The translations under genes and the position numbers were made by a program. Under the pieces are notes generated by a model. The model ran no database searches and was not told the origin of the DNA. It saw nothing but the letters and a program-made list of their open reading frames with translations. A stretch of 64,000 nucleotides of DNA. It comes from Kiritimatiellia bacterium (GTDB lineage Bacteria > Verrucomicrobiota > Kiritimatiellia > RFP12 > UBA1067). Positions 28,612 through 39,742 of this stretch are shown here, piece by piece. Location: NCBI GenBank assembly GCA_050949565.1, contig JBMNFY010000017.1:1792001-1856000 (forward strand), in the 5' to 3' direction. Positions within the stretch are counted from its first letter, which is position 1. Each line of letters begins with the position of its first letter.

Positions 28612-31600
28612 CAGAGCACCGTGACCTTCAGCCCTTGCCGGTCGACATCAAAATCGAAGAAGCGTGCATGCTCGTTCGGCGGATGGGCTTCAAAACGCGC
28701 ACGGATGCGTTCCGCCGCCGCTGCGTTCTTGGCGATCATGAAGATAAAGCCTCCGCCGCCTGCTCCGGGCAGGAGCGCCGCCAGCGTCTCACGCGAGACC
28801 GAGGCGAGAAGCGCTTCGATTGATGTGTTGGTTGATCCCGGATCAATGCGTTTTTTCAATTCCCAGTAGTGCGCCACGCCAGCCGCGAAACCGTCGATAT
28901 TCCGCGCATCGAGCGCTTCTTTGGTTGCCAGCGCCGACACCTTGAGTGCCTCCACGGTTTGTAGGATCACGGGATCACGCGCGAGATAGCCGGAGACCAC
29001 GTTCTGCAGGATGTTGCGCGCCATGCGCTTCTGTCCGGTGAAGTAGAGCAGACAACGCTGCTTCAACTCGCTGCCTTCCGACATGTCGAAAACCGTCCAG
29101 CGCAGCGAGACCGTCTGATCCGGCCCCGGCTGCGTGCGGATCAATTTCACGCCCGGCACGATACCGCCGACTTGATCCTGCCAGCCACCGCCCGTACACA
29201 TCCGCTGTTCGAGAATCGACGTCATACGGATCAGGCGGTCGGTGTTGAATGGCACGCCCAACACACGGTCGAGGCAGGCAATGACCGCCGCGCCCAAGAC
29301 CGAACTCGTGCCCATGCCCGAGCCTTTTGGCAGCGCTGAGAAGATCGTGAGGTCCAGACCGCCGCCCAGTGTCTTGAGCCATTTGGCCAGAGGCTCCTCG
29401 CGCTGTGACGGACCGATGCCGGCCAGAATCAATGCGGCCTTGGCTAACGCCGCCCAGTCGTGCGGATCGTGGTGGTCGAGCAACTCGCCCGTGGTGCGGA
29501 TTTCCTTGCGTTCGCCCAGATCAATGCTCGACAGGCGGATACATCCCACCGTATTGAGTTTGGCCATGACTTGGATCGGATAGAGTCCGTTGAGCGTGAC
29601 CGCTGCATTGAGTACCGTGCCGCCGCGTTCAGTGCAGATCGGCGGCGTATCAGACCAGCCTCCCGCGAAATCGATGCGCACCGGTGTGGTGACCCATACC
29701 ACCTGATCGTGCAGGATTGCCGCTGGCCGCGGCTGCCGACAGGGCTCGAAACGCACCGCCACCGACGTCGCCACCTCAGACAGGTAAGAGGGCAGGGCGG
29801 GTACGGTGATTTGTCCGGCAAACGCCTCGCTGATCATCGTCATCAGTCGCAAGATACGCGCGCGCAACAGTGGTTCGCCCCGTGCCGCGCCGTCCAATAG
29901 GTCGGCAAGCTGCCGCAATGCGCACATCGCCTCTTCAGCGGTGTGGATCTCGTCACACACTTTAGCCGCCGGTAGCGCATCGTTCTCCAGCACACGCGTA
30001 GCCACGTTCATCAGATTCACCTGACGCCGGATCTCAGCGCGCATGGCCAACAGACGCGCGTGGTTCACGCGGGGTAGCAGCTCGGCCAAGCTGTAACGCT
30101 TCCCGCGGCCGACGATCCGGTCCGACGGCTCGACGGTATCCTCCTCCGCTGCGGCGATCCGCGCCAGCGCCACAGCTTCGGTCAGCACATCGTCCAATGC
30201 TCCCACGCGCCACAGACGCGCACGCCAGAGACCGTCGTGTTCGTCGTCGCACCACACGCGCGCGGGTTTCATGCCCACGCGCATCAGTACCTGTTCGATC
30301 GGCACGTTGAGAAAGCGACAGGGTGCCGCGCCGCCGAACGGTGTTTTGAAATCGTCGTCAAGTCCGTACGCCACTGCCGCCCAGTGGCGTGCGCCGATTG
30401 GCAGCACCACCAGCCCCGTACCCGGCGGTAACCGTATCGCCACACTCGCTTCTGGGGGCAGACCAGTCAGGATGTTCTCGCCTTCCAGTTCCAGTCCCGC
30501 GCATGCTATGGCGTGTACCGACTCCACCAGTGCATTGCCCGTCGTGAACGGGCACGCGATCCGCGCGTTGAACACAAATGCTCGGCCAGTCTCGCCGCTA
30601 CTGGTCACGCACGCGCCGCTACCGTTGGCGAATCCGTAAGTCTGTGCCGTGCGCGACAACCCCGAAAATCCCGCCAGTAGCTCACGACTGCTACCGATAT
30701 GGAAGAAATCACAGTACGGCACGATGTTGACCTGAAACGGCACCCCGCGCAACGCGCGGTAAAAAGCACGCAATCGCCGCCGGTGAGCCGCATCGTGTCC
30801 GCGCGCCGTCACAAACCGATCCAGATAACGCGCCTCGTCAAAGTGCGGCGCGGCCGCCATGGTCAGCTCTTCGTAAAGGTCCAGCGGCGGACAGTCGCCG
30901 CCGGTGATCGCATCCAACAGCGTGGGTGCCGTCCGCTTTGCACCGCTCTGTCGCCCGACGCTCAGCGCGACCAGCCGCGCGCAGACTTCGGGCGTCAGAC
31001 TGATGAGCCCGGTGTCCACTGCCACATGGCCGAGTGGATCCACCGCCCCGCATGCACGCGCCTCTGTCTCGGAGGGCTTTTGCAGAAAGTCGACGACCGG
31101 CACGCACTCCGTACGTTGCGGGTTCGCACCGAAACCAGACGGCACATACACGCCGTGCCGCGAACCACGCTCGACCGGCCCGAAGTAGGCGACGCCCGTG
31201 ATACCCGGCTGCGAAAAATCCACCGACGCATGATCGAAGGTGAGCAGCACGTCGCCGGAGGTGATCAGCACATGGCCACCCGCAGGCGCGGGCAGAGCCG
31301 ACACAGTGCGCAGGATCAAATCAAACAGCGCGAGCGGTTGCCCCGCAGGGCCTGTTGTCGGTACCGGCGTAAACACCTTGCCTTGCGCCGCGTAGGCCGG
31401 CGTACGCCGACTGTCGCCTCCCGAGTGGCAGATGAGGATGCGCCGACCGGCAAAGGCTACTTCGCCCCGGCCGTCCGCCACCTGCGCCAGCACATTCAGC
31501 GTGGCACCAAGCGAACCCACGCGGCGGCCGCCGGGATCGGTGATCACCCGCGTTTCGGTTCCCGGCGGGATCAACCCGTTCGCGCACCGCCAGGCAAGCT

Positions 31601-31673
31601 GTGCACGATATCCCTCGGCCTGCGCCTCGTTGGCTGCCGTCAAAATCAGAATGTCAAAGTTCTGCATGGTCAC
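28611..31673 (-). CDS. fkp: Bifunctional L-fucokinase/fucose-1-P guanylyltransferase
   Basis: HSGGDSRR and FLQKP; GHMP kinase [30 protein letters not shown] and GAGGGG. Confidence 0.88.
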   Translation of the reverse strand: MTMQNFDILILTAANEAQAEGYRAQLAWRCANGLIPPGTETRVITDPGGRRVGSLGATLNVLAQVADGRGEVAFAGRRILICHSGGDSRRTPAYAAQGKVFTPVPTTGPAGQPLALFDLILRTVSALPAPAGGHVLITSGDVLLTFDHASVDFSQPGITGVAYFGPVERGSRHGVYVPSGFGANPQRTECVPVVDFLQKPSETEARACGAVDPLGHVAVDTGLISLTPEVCARLVALSVGRQSGAKRTAPTLLDAITGGDCPPLDLYEELTMAAAPHFDEARYLDRFVTARGHDAAHRRRLRAFYRALRGVPFQVNIVPYCDFFHIGSSRELLAGFSGLSRTAQTYGFANGSGACVTSSGETGRAFVFNARIACPFTTGNALVESVHAIACAGLELEGENILTGLPPEASVAIRLPPGTGLVVLPIGARHWAAVAYGLDDDFKTPFGGAAPCRFLNVPIEQVLMRVGMKPARVWCDDEHDGLWRARLWRVGALDDVLTEAVALARIAAAEEDTVEPSDRIVGRGKRYSLAELLPRVNHARLLAMRAEIRRQVNLMNVATRVLENDALPAAKVCDEIHTAEEAMCALRQLADLLDGAARGEPLLRARILRLMTMISEAFAGQITVPALPSYLSEVATSVAVRFEPCRQPRPAAILHDQVVWVTTPVRIDFAGGWSDTPPICTERGGTVLNAAVTLNGLYPIQVMAKLNTVGCIRLSSIDLGERKEIRTTGELLDHHDPHDWAALAKAALILAGIGPSQREEPLAKWLKTLGGGLDLTIFSALPKGSGMGTSSVLGAAVIACLDRVLGVPFNTDRLIRMTSILEQRMCTGGGWQDQVGGIVPGVKLIRTQPGPDQTVSLRWTVFDMSEGSELKQRCLLYFTGQKRMARNILQNVVSGYLARDPVILQTVEALKVSALATKEALDARNIDGFAAGVAHYWELKKRIDPGSTNTSIEALLASVSRETLAALLPGAGGGGFIFMIAKNAAAAERIRARFEAHPPNEHARFFDFDVDRQGLKVTVL

Positions 31674-31676
31674 TCG

Positions 31677-34529
31677 CTATTCGTTAACGATCTCGTAAAG
31701 CAGCCGTGCACCTTCCGGATGGGCGACATCGGCGGTGAAGCACAGCGCACCGTCGACCACGCGGGCAGGTACTCGGTCCAGGCGGCGTCCACTGGTCGCG
31801 AGCGCATAGACGGTGCAGGCTTCGGGATGCTGTACCTTGAGCGCGATCTCCGCCTGTCCCACGCGCACGAGATGCGGCGTCTTGCCCCACACCAGCAGGG
31901 TCTTGCGCGCTTGATCCGCATATTTGACGTGGGTGTTCTGCACATCGGTCAAGTGCGTGAGCAGCAACCGCCGGCTGCAGGTCACCGGCTGGTCGTCAAG
32001 CGCACTCACCCAGACCGTGGCGGGCGTCCCGCGCAACGTCACCTTCAACGCACCGGCCGAGATGCTTCCCTCCTCCGCGAAACCGCCCATCGTGCGCTCG
32101 GTATTCAGCGTGAATGCGCCGCGCACCTGGTCAATCGCCAAGGGGCCGACCGTATTCGTCAACGATGCGACGCATGCCACCGTGCCGGTCGCATACGCTT
32201 CGTTCTCCGGCAGCAAGCGCCAGTTCGCAAGAGGCGCCGTTGACGCATACGTCCCGACCTGCGCGTTCCACGCTGCAACGCGCCAGTCGGGCGCAACCCG
32301 TTGCGCGATCTCGGGCAGTACCGCGCCTTTGCTGTCCGCCTGCTGCGCGATATGAATCGCTACGCGCGACGATAGGGGCGCGAGGTCACGGCGCAGGAAG
32401 AGGCAGATCGACGCACGGTCCGACGCCTGCGAAAGCGGATCGGTCGCCACATCGAAATATCCGGCGAAACTGTTCGTGGAGAACATGTTTTCCAGTCGGT
32501 GCGAATAGGCAAAGCGCCACAGCGCGCTCCAGTCCTGCAGCGCGCCCATCGCGCCGGTCATGATTCCACCGACGCCGCGATACATACCGGGCCCGGAAAA
32601 GTTATATTCCGAGACGGTGAATGGTTTGTTGGCGAGACGGGTGAACGCGACACCGCACGGCACCACGCAACCGGTACGCAACGGGTTTTCGTTACCGCAA
32701 CGGCTCGGTAACGCCCAGCGCTTGTCGAGAAAACGCGGGTGGTCGACGTAAAAGTGGTCGTCCACATAATCGTACAGCGTCTCGCGCACCGGCTGAAGCG
32801 TGGTGTAGTGCGTGCCGCAGTTGTAGTTCGAGATCAAGGCGCGGCAGCCGATCTCATCACGCAGAAAAGCTTTCATGCGTGCGACCATGCGTGCCTCGAT
32901 ATCGGCCACAAAGCGCGCCACCGCCGCGCCTTCACGACCAGACATGCGCAACGGCATCGTGTCCGGAATATCGGCATAGGCGGCAGGGTTTTTGGCGCGC
33001 TGCTCGGCCAGCCACGCGGTCCATGCGGCTTGCATGGCCGGGGTTTGGCGCGCCTCGGCTCTGGCATAACCGATCGATCCTTCGTTGATCAATGCGATGA
33101 ACGGCATACCCGGCTCGTCGGCGTAGCGGCGGCCGGTGTGCGGGTTGACGTGATTGAGAAACGCACGCGCGAACGCGACCCAATTCTGGAAGGCTGGCTC
33201 GTGTACCGCGATCAACGCCTTGAGAACCTGTATATCATCCACCTGACCGTCCTTATCAATGCCGATGTGACGCCAGGCAACCCGGCGCGAGACGTACAGG
33301 TCGGTGGTCACGTAGAGTCCGCGTTTGTAACAGGCGGCCAGAAAACCGTCGAGCCGCGCCATTTGGTCAGGGTTGAGCGTCAATGCGTCCGGACTTCCCT
33401 GCACGCAGCCGTTGTCGTGATGGTGGATACGCACGCTGTTATAGCCCAAGCGCACCAAGCGGTCCGTGAGTTGGTCGGCCTGCTCTTGCGACGGGAAGTT
33501 GGCCGTGCCGCAGAAGTTGACGCCGTAGAAGCGCTGCGCGACACCGGGCTTGCCTTCAAACTCGAAGTGCGGGCCGACCGCCTTGAGCCATCCGTACTTG
33601 CCGGCCGGCGCGTCGGTGAACCCCATGCCGGAAAAATCGAGCGCGGATCCTGGGACAATCTCCTTCTCATACGCGAGTGTCACCCATTCCGGTCCTGCTT
33701 CTAGCATCACCGGCTGATCGTACGTCAGGGTGAGCGGCGCGTGCGTCTTGAGCGTGAACCCGACCTGAAGCGACTTGCCGACTGGATAGAGTCCTGAACC
33801 GCCGACGATGACGCGGAGGCTAAATACATCGCTCCAGCGACGGCTGTCTTGGATCAAAACAGAGGTCGGTTCATCGAACGTAAAGACAAGACGCTGCGCG
33901 GCGGGTGGCGGCATCTCGATCTCCAGTTCTTTGACTTTGCCGCTGAAGAGCGAAAGTGCACCTTCCTTCTCGGGGAAGACGCCCGACTTTTGATCGGCCC
34001 GCCAGCGTCCGCCGATTGCCTTCTGTGCGGGGAAGCGGGTGCTGACAAAGAGGCTGTTCAGCTCAAGCGCGGCCTTCGGCGTGAAGGTGTAGTGCGCGTG
34101 GATCGCACCATCAGCGGCCGGCACCACTTTTACTTTAACGGCAACCTGTTCTTTGTCCGAAAGCTTCAAGGCGCATGCGCATGTACCGTTCTTCTCGTCG
34201 GGGAACGTGAAGCCGGAGGCGGAGACACCACGCTGCCAGCCCTTTGTGAAGAGACTGCCTTTCAGTTCGAGTGCGGGTTCGCTGAGTGTCAAGGCTCCGC
34301 CCATGCCGAGCATTGCTTCGCCGCCGAAACACGCCGGCGGCAACACAGCCACCAAACCGGCCACAAGTATTAACGCAGAGATGCGGAGGCGCAAAGATTT
34401 TGGGGCTACCGGAGCGGCGTGAATGCCGCCCACAGAACCGGATGCGCACTGCTTTCCCTCCACTGCTTCGTCCCAGCGGCTCCAATGCCGCGCCTCAATC
34501 ATGTCAATCATGTCAATCATGTCAATCAT
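31677..34529 (-). CDS. Large secreted glycoside hydrolase-like protein (clan GH-A; start uncertain)
   Basis: RFYGVN, GYNSVRIHH, INE, DDHFY and VSEYN motifs; hydrophobic signal segment. Confidence 0.75.
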   Translation of the reverse strand: MIDMIDMIDMIEARHWSRWDEAVEGKQCASGSVGGIHAAPVAPKSLRLRISALILVAGLVAVLPPACFGGEAMLGMGGALTLSEPALELKGSLFTKGWQRGVSASGFTFPDEKNGTCACALKLSDKEQVAVKVKVVPAADGAIHAHYTFTPKAALELNSLFVSTRFPAQKAIGGRWRADQKSGVFPEKEGALSLFSGKVKELEIEMPPPAAQRLVFTFDEPTSVLIQDSRRWSDVFSLRVIVGGSGLYPVGKSLQVGFTLKTHAPLTLTYDQPVMLEAGPEWVTLAYEKEIVPGSALDFSGMGFTDAPAGKYGWLKAVGPHFEFEGKPGVAQRFYGVNFCGTANFPSQEQADQLTDRLVRLGYNSVRIHHHDNGCVQGSPDALTLNPDQMARLDGFLAACYKRGLYVTTDLYVSRRVAWRHIGIDKDGQVDDIQVLKALIAVHEPAFQNWVAFARAFLNHVNPHTGRRYADEPGMPFIALINEGSIGYARAEARQTPAMQAAWTAWLAEQRAKNPAAYADIPDTMPLRMSGREGAAVARFVADIEARMVARMKAFLRDEIGCRALISNYNCGTHYTTLQPVRETLYDYVDDHFYVDHPRFLDKRWALPSRCGNENPLRTGCVVPCGVAFTRLANKPFTVSEYNFSGPGMYRGVGGIMTGAMGALQDWSALWRFAYSHRLENMFSTNSFAGYFDVATDPLSQASDRASICLFLRRDLAPLSSRVAIHIAQQADSKGAVLPEIAQRVAPDWRVAAWNAQVGTYASTAPLANWRLLPENEAYATGTVACVASLTNTVGPLAIDQVRGAFTLNTERTMGGFAEEGSISAGALKVTLRGTPATVWVSALDDQPVTCSRRLLLTHLTDVQNTHVKYADQARKTLLVWGKTPHLVRVGQAEIALKVQHPEACTVYALATSGRRLDRVPARVVDGALCFTADVAHPEGARLLYEIVNE

Positions 34530-34542
34530 GTCCCAAATCAGA

Positions 34543-35382
34543 TCATTGCATCGCCATCAACTGCTGGATCTCCTGCTCCCACAGCTCCTCGTTTGGCGTC
34601 TCCAACACCAACGGCATGTTCTTAAAACGCGCGTCGGTCATGATGCAGCGAAAAACTTCAATGCCCAGTAATCCCCGCCCCAGCGACTCATGCCGGTCGA
34701 CGCGTGAGTTGAGTGCCACCTTGGAATCGTTGAGGTGCATGCCGCGCAGATACGAGAAGCCGACCGTCCGGTCAAAGTGCTCCATCGTTGTCAGAAAACC
34801 GTCGCGGGTACGGAGATCATACCCTGCGGCGAAGGCGTGCATCGTATCCAGGCAAACGCCCACGCGCGTCCGGTCGTCCACGCCGTCGATGATGGCGCGG
34901 ATCTCCTCAAACGGAGCGCCCAGATTACCGCCGCTACCGGCGGTGTTCTCGATCACCAGCGTCACATCCTGCGTCTGCGCCAGTGCGGCGTTGATCGACT
35001 GCGCCACGCGCGTGCACGCCGCTTCAGGCGTCAGCTTTCGCAGGTGACTGCCGGGATGGAAATTCAGCTTGTCGAGTCCCAACGCCATGCAGCGCCGGAT
35101 CTCATCAATCAACGCGCCCATCGATTTTGCGTGTGCCTCCTCATCCGGGTTAGCGAGATTGATGAGGTAGCCGGCGTGCGGCATCACTTGGGCGGCAGTA
35201 TAGCCGTCTACCGTCATCTGCTGCTTAAACGCTTCGATGTCAGCGGGCGTGTACGGCGCGGCGGTCCACTGCCGCTGGTTTTTCACAAACATGCCAAAGC
35301 CTGTCGCACCTAGCGCTTTGGCGTTCTTCGGCGCGTTGGCCACGCCGCCTCCGATGGACACATGCGGTCCGATGTAATACAT
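34543..35382 (-). CDS. nfo: Endonuclease IV
   Basis: PHAGYLINL, FHPGS, IENTAG, CLDTMH, HLNDSK and DRHE motifs. Confidence 0.95.
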   Translation of the reverse strand: MYYIGPHVSIGGGVANAPKNAKALGATGFGMFVKNQRQWTAAPYTPADIEAFKQQMTVDGYTAAQVMPHAGYLINLANPDEEAHAKSMGALIDEIRRCMALGLDKLNFHPGSHLRKLTPEAACTRVAQSINAALAQTQDVTLVIENTAGSGGNLGAPFEEIRAIIDGVDDRTRVGVCLDTMHAFAAGYDLRTRDGFLTTMEHFDRTVGFSYLRGMHLNDSKVALNSRVDRHESLGRGLLGIEVFRCIMTDARFKNMPLVLETPNEELWEQEIQQLMAMQ

Positions 35383-35396
35383 GCCTGCTCCCTTTC

Positions 35397-36983
35397 CTAA
35401 CGCTCTTTCTCGCCCCACGAAGTATAGCCATTTTTGAAGAGCCACTCCGCAGCGCCAACGTGACCTTGTCGCGCGGCCTGTTTAAATAACTCGACCGCGC
35501 GGACATGGCTCATCTCGACTCCGCGCCCATATTCGTACAGGGTTGCCAGATTGTAAGCTGCGCTGGCGGCACCTTGATCAGCAGCGGCCTTGAACCACTT
35601 TGCGGCGAGGGCATGATCTTGAGGCACGCCCTCGCCCCGCAGGTAAAGCATGCCGAGATTGTTTTGCGCGGCGGGGACTCCAGCTTCGGCAGCGCGGCGG
35701 TAATGCTGTTCAGCCTGCGCGTAGTCCTTCGGTACTACGATCCCGCGGTAGTGAAAAGTGCCGAGCGCATGAATCGCGCGCGGGTTCGCCTGCTCCGCCG
35801 CCTTCGTGTACCAGTTGAAGGCGCGCTCATGGTCTTGTGGCACGCCGCGTCCCTCCTCATACATCTGCCCGATGAAAAACTGCGCCATCGCATGGCGCTT
35901 TTCGGCGGCTCTGGCGAACCAAGTGAGCGCCCTGCGGTTGTCTTGTTTGACACCGTCACCATCGCGGTAGAGCAGGCCAATGTTAACCTGTGCTTCGGTG
36001 TGCCCTTGGTTTGCGGCGCGCGCGAACCACAAGCCAGCCTCGCGCGGATTACGCGGTACGCCGCGCCCCCGGGCGCAGACAAAGCCATAGTTGAACTGGC
36101 CATCGGCATTGCCGGACTCCGCCGAGCGACGATACCAATTGGCCGCAGCGATTAAATCTTTTTCGGTTCCGCGTCCCTCCTGATAGAGCCAGCCGAGGTT
36201 GTTCATGGCGCTCGAATGCCCCTTCTCGGCGGCGCGCGTGTAGAGCACGAACGCCATGCCCTCATCCTTGGGCACGCCGCGTCCCTGCGCATAGAGCGCG
36301 GCCAGATTGTACTCGCCGTTGCGGTCTCCTTGCAGCGCAGCCTGCCGGAAATATTCGCCGGCCTTATCATCATCTTGCGGAACCCCCTGGCCGCGATAGT
36401 AGATAAGTCCCAGTGCGTTTTGCGCTAAGGCCTGGCCCTGTGCCGCAGCCTGCTGGTACCAGTCGCGTGCCTCTTCCGGCTGATTCAGATTAAGATCGCA
36501 GTCCAGCCCTACCAGATATTGAGCCAACGCGTTACGTTCCCGGGCGTGCGCGCGTATCAATGGCCGTCCCTCATTCAGATAACGCTCCCGCTGTTCGGCC
36601 GATAACGCGCAGAGCGGCTCTTGTGCGGCATGCACCGCCAGTAGAAAACGGAAAAACGTCTGGCCGGCATCGGCCATCTCCCGGACCTTTGCCACCGCCA
36701 CCAAAAAATCATCGGTGCTGCCCGCCGTTCGTGCGTTCACGAATCGCTCGACCGCGCCCCGGACCTCCTCCATCGCGGCCGCAGTCTCCTCGTCGGCGCG
36801 GACCACAGAAAACGTGAACACAAGCGCCGCGCTGGCGACCTTAAGAAGCGCGAGTCGCAAAGGGCGGCATGACCGCCGCCGGGCAAGCAGACGCTTGCTC
36901 CTCCCGATGTTCCGCAAGTAATGAAACCTGGAAATCCTAAATCCTGAATCCCAAATCCTAAATCCCAAAATCCTTCGCCTCAT
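35397..36983 (-). CDS. Sel1-repeat exported protein
   Basis: About 10 repeats of the AQxxLGxxYxxGxGV / AAxQG type. Confidence 0.9.
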   Translation of the reverse strand: MRRRILGFRIWDSGFRISRFHYLRNIGRSKRLLARRRSCRPLRLALLKVASAALVFTFSVVRADEETAAAMEEVRGAVERFVNARTAGSTDDFLVAVAKVREMADAGQTFFRFLLAVHAAQEPLCALSAEQRERYLNEGRPLIRAHARERNALAQYLVGLDCDLNLNQPEEARDWYQQAAAQGQALAQNALGLIYYRGQGVPQDDDKAGEYFRQAALQGDRNGEYNLAALYAQGRGVPKDEGMAFVLYTRAAEKGHSSAMNNLGWLYQEGRGTEKDLIAAANWYRRSAESGNADGQFNYGFVCARGRGVPRNPREAGLWFARAANQGHTEAQVNIGLLYRDGDGVKQDNRRALTWFARAAEKRHAMAQFFIGQMYEEGRGVPQDHERAFNWYTKAAEQANPRAIHALGTFHYRGIVVPKDYAQAEQHYRRAAEAGVPAAQNNLGMLYLRGEGVPQDHALAAKWFKAAADQGAASAAYNLATLYEYGRGVEMSHVRAVELFKQAARQGHVGAAEWLFKNGYTSWGEKER

Positions 36984-37807
36984 TTGAACTTGTCCAGCGA
37001 GAGTTGGCTGCCTTCGCGGCGCGGGTTGAATAGGATCGCGTCCGAAACCGGCGTGTGTTTGCCGAGCACGCTCACATGTTTAGAGCGCCAACCTTTGCGT
37101 CGGCTGTAAACGGTCATCTGATGACCGCGCGTCCAGAACAGCGGCAGGTCCATCAGCCATGCAATCCTATACAGTATTCGCAACCAGATGGTGTTCGTGC
37201 CACGGATTCCGGAACCCCTGCGGCGGCTGTCCCATTGCCGTACCATCTGCACCCAGAAGCGACAGGAAAACCTGAACCCGAGCACATCGAATCCATCTTT
37301 CAGCAGGTGGAAGATGTCGGATTCAGTGTAGCTTTCTGCAGCACCGAACGCCATGCGCCGCCCGCTCAGCACAGCCGCCAGGCCCAGCGGTTTGCGATAT
37401 GCCACCGTCAGCAAGAATATTCCGCCCGTCTTGAGCACCCGGTGGCACTCCTTGACGATGGCACCAGCGTGAAAATTATCTGACAGCACCCCGTGTGCAA
37501 GCACGACGGCATCGAACTGCTTATCCTCAAAAGGCAATTCTCCATCCTTGCCGAGGCTCAGTACCGTCTCTTGTCCCAACGCCGCCGCCACCAGCGAGCG
37601 CCGTTGTTGTGTGGGCTCCACGGTCATCCAGCACCCGCCGACCAAACGCAGCGTGCGGCTGACGCCCGCATTGGTGAACCCCACATCTAATCCCGTACGG
37701 ACCGCACCTGGTTGCGCATGCAACAGATGCAACACCGCATTGACCTCGCTCTGCAAGGGCAACGAATACAACGCACTGTCAACGAAGGTATCTCGTTTTT
37801 TCTGCAT
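36980..37807 (-). CDS. Class I SAM methyltransferase-like protein
   Basis: GLDVG, LPFEDKQFDAV and HRVLKTGG motifs. Confidence 0.75.
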   Translation of the reverse strand: MQKKRDTFVDSALYSLPLQSEVNAVLHLLHAQPGAVRTGLDVGFTNAGVSRTLRLVGGCWMTVEPTQQRRSLVAAALGQETVLSLGKDGELPFEDKQFDAVVLAHGVLSDNFHAGAIVKECHRVLKTGGIFLLTVAYRKPLGLAAVLSGRRMAFGAAESYTESDIFHLLKDGFDVLGFRFSCRFWVQMVRQWDSRRRGSGIRGTNTIWLRILYRIAWLMDLPLFWTRGHQMTVYSRRKGWRSKHVSVLGKHTPVSDAILFNPRREGSQLSLDKFK

Positions 37808-38040
37808 GTTTCCAACTCAGATTGCCTTAAGCATACCATCTCACAAACAGAGCCGTCAACAAACAGGGTTCAAGTTCTCGATGGCGCGCGTGTAAAAAAA
37901 AATTTCATTTTTCCTAAAACAGTCCTTGCATTTTTTCCAGCACACGCTACATTGTGGACATAACAACATATCGACGCACTCTCTCGTGGTGCGGCGGTCT
38001 GTTGATGTTAACGGGTTCAACCTAACGAAAGGAAAGCGCA

Positions 38041-38517
38041 ATGGCCACAGCAAAGAAAGCAGCTCCTGCGAAAAAGGCTCCCGCGAAGAAGGCGGCAGCG
38101 AAGGCAGCTCCTGCTAAGAAGGCGACGCCTGCGAAGAAAGCGGTTGCGAAGGCTCCCGCGAAAAAAGCGGCTCCGGCCGCCAAGAAAGCTCCCGTGAAGA
38201 AGGCGGCAGCCCCGACGAAGAAAGCGGTCGCGAAGGCTCCCGTGAAGAAGGCGGCTCCTGCAGCGAAGAAGGCACCTGCCAAGAAGGCGGCTCCTGCGAA
38301 GAAAGCGGTCGCGAAGGCTCCCGTGAAGAAGGCGGCTCCGGCAGCGAAGAAGGCACCTGCCAAGAAGGCGGCTCCTGCGAAGAAAGCGGTTGCGAAGGCA
38401 CCGGCTGCCAAGAAAGCAGCTCCGGCGAAGAAAGCCCCCGCGAAGAAGGCAGCAGCCCCTGCTAAGAAGGCCCCTGCTAAGAAGGCCCCTGCTAAGAAGG
38501 CGGCAGCGAAGAAGTAA
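38041..38517 (+). CDS. Histone H1-like Lys/Ala/Pro-rich nucleoid protein
   Basis: Almost entirely PAKKA-type repeats; followed by a terminator. Confidence 0.85.
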   Translation: MATAKKAAPAKKAPAKKAAAKAAPAKKATPAKKAVAKAPAKKAAPAAKKAPVKKAAAPTKKAVAKAPVKKAAPAAKKAPAKKAAPAKKAVAKAPVKKAAPAAKKAPAKKAAPAKKAVAKAPAAKKAAPAKKAPAKKAAAPAKKAPAKKAPAKKAAAKK

Positions 38518-38545
38518 CACGCAACGCGACCGTTGCAAAGAAGTC

Positions 38546-38580
38546 ACGCCTGCGGTTTTGCGCCGCAGGCGTGTTTTTTT
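38546..38580 (+). terminator. Intrinsic terminator
   Basis: cacgcctgcgg / ccgcaggcgtg stem followed by a T run. Confidence 0.85.
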
Positions 38581-38600
38581 GCGCGTGCTGTGACGGCAAC

Positions 38601-39653
38601 CTAGCTGTCGCGGTAGATCACCTTCCGCGGTCCTTTTTCGATCGCTCCGATCAGGACCGGTGCTTGGCGCGCTTTGGAAAGTAGCGCCATGGCGGCGGAG
38701 GCGTCTTTCTGGCGCACGATGATGCAGAAGCCGATGCCCATATTGAAGACCCGGTACATCTCGTCGCGGTCGACCCGGCCCTGGCGCTCGATGAAGGTGA
38801 AGAGCGTGGGCACGCGCCAGCTTGAGCGGTTGATGACGGCCGTACAATTTTCGGGCAGCACGCGCGGAATGTTGTCCACAAATCCGCCGCCGGTGATATG
38901 CGCCATGCCGTGTACGGGCACTTGCGCCATCAGGGCGGTGACGGGCTTCAGAAAACTGCGGTGAAGAGCCAGTAGCGCCTCGGTCACGGTGTAGCGGGTG
39001 CCTGGCAACAGATCCTGCGGCGTCAGTCCGCACTGGTCAAAGATCACCTTGCGCGCCAGTGAGAAGCCGTTCGTCTGCAGGCCGCCGGAGGGGAGGCCGA
39101 TGATGACGTCGCCAGGTTTGATCTTTTTGCCGGTGATGAGCTGTTTGCGAGGAACCGTTCCCACGATCGTGCCGACTAAGTCGTACTCGTTCTGCGGATA
39201 GAGCCCGGGCATCTCGGCGGTCTCGCCGCCCAGTAGTGCGCAACCATTCTCCTTACAGGCTTTGCACAGCCCGGAGACCACATCTTTGAAAACCACAGGG
39301 TCAAAGCGCGAAGCCCCGATGTAATCTAGGAAAAACAACGGCTTGGCGCCCTGGACGAGGATATCGTTGACGCAATGGTTGACGAGGTCTTGACCGACTG
39401 TATCGTGCTTTTTGGCGATGACGGCGACCTTGAGCTTGGTGCCGACGCCATCGGTGCTGGCGACCAGTAGGTTCTCCTTGCCCGGTGATTGAAAGAGACC
39501 GCCGAAGCCGCCAATTCCGCCCACGACCCCCTTGGTGGCGGTAGTACGCACCATCGTCTTGATGACCTCGATGCCGGACATCTTAGAATCTATATCCACC
39601 CCGGCCTGCGCATACGCAGAAACTTTTTGAGTGTCATCGGCCTGTTTCATCAT
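38601..39653 (-). CDS. purM: Phosphoribosylformylglycinamidine cyclo-ligase
   Basis: STDGVGTK, GGETAEMPG, AHITGGG and FNMGIG motifs. Confidence 0.95.
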   Translation of the reverse strand: MMKQADDTQKVSAYAQAGVDIDSKMSGIEVIKTMVRTTATKGVVGGIGGFGGLFQSPGKENLLVASTDGVGTKLKVAVIAKKHDTVGQDLVNHCVNDILVQGAKPLFFLDYIGASRFDPVVFKDVVSGLCKACKENGCALLGGETAEMPGLYPQNEYDLVGTIVGTVPRKQLITGKKIKPGDVIIGLPSGGLQTNGFSLARKVIFDQCGLTPQDLLPGTRYTVTEALLALHRSFLKPVTALMAQVPVHGMAHITGGGFVDNIPRVLPENCTAVINRSSWRVPTLFTFIERQGRVDRDEMYRVFNMGIGFCIIVRQKDASAAMALLSKARQAPVLIGAIEKGPRKVIYRDS

Positions 39654-39742
39654 CCGTACCCTCGTACCTCGGTCATTTTCCAAAGAAATCGCCACAGATT
39701 ATCACATTAAACCCTGTGATTCCAGTGTAAAAAGTACGGTTC

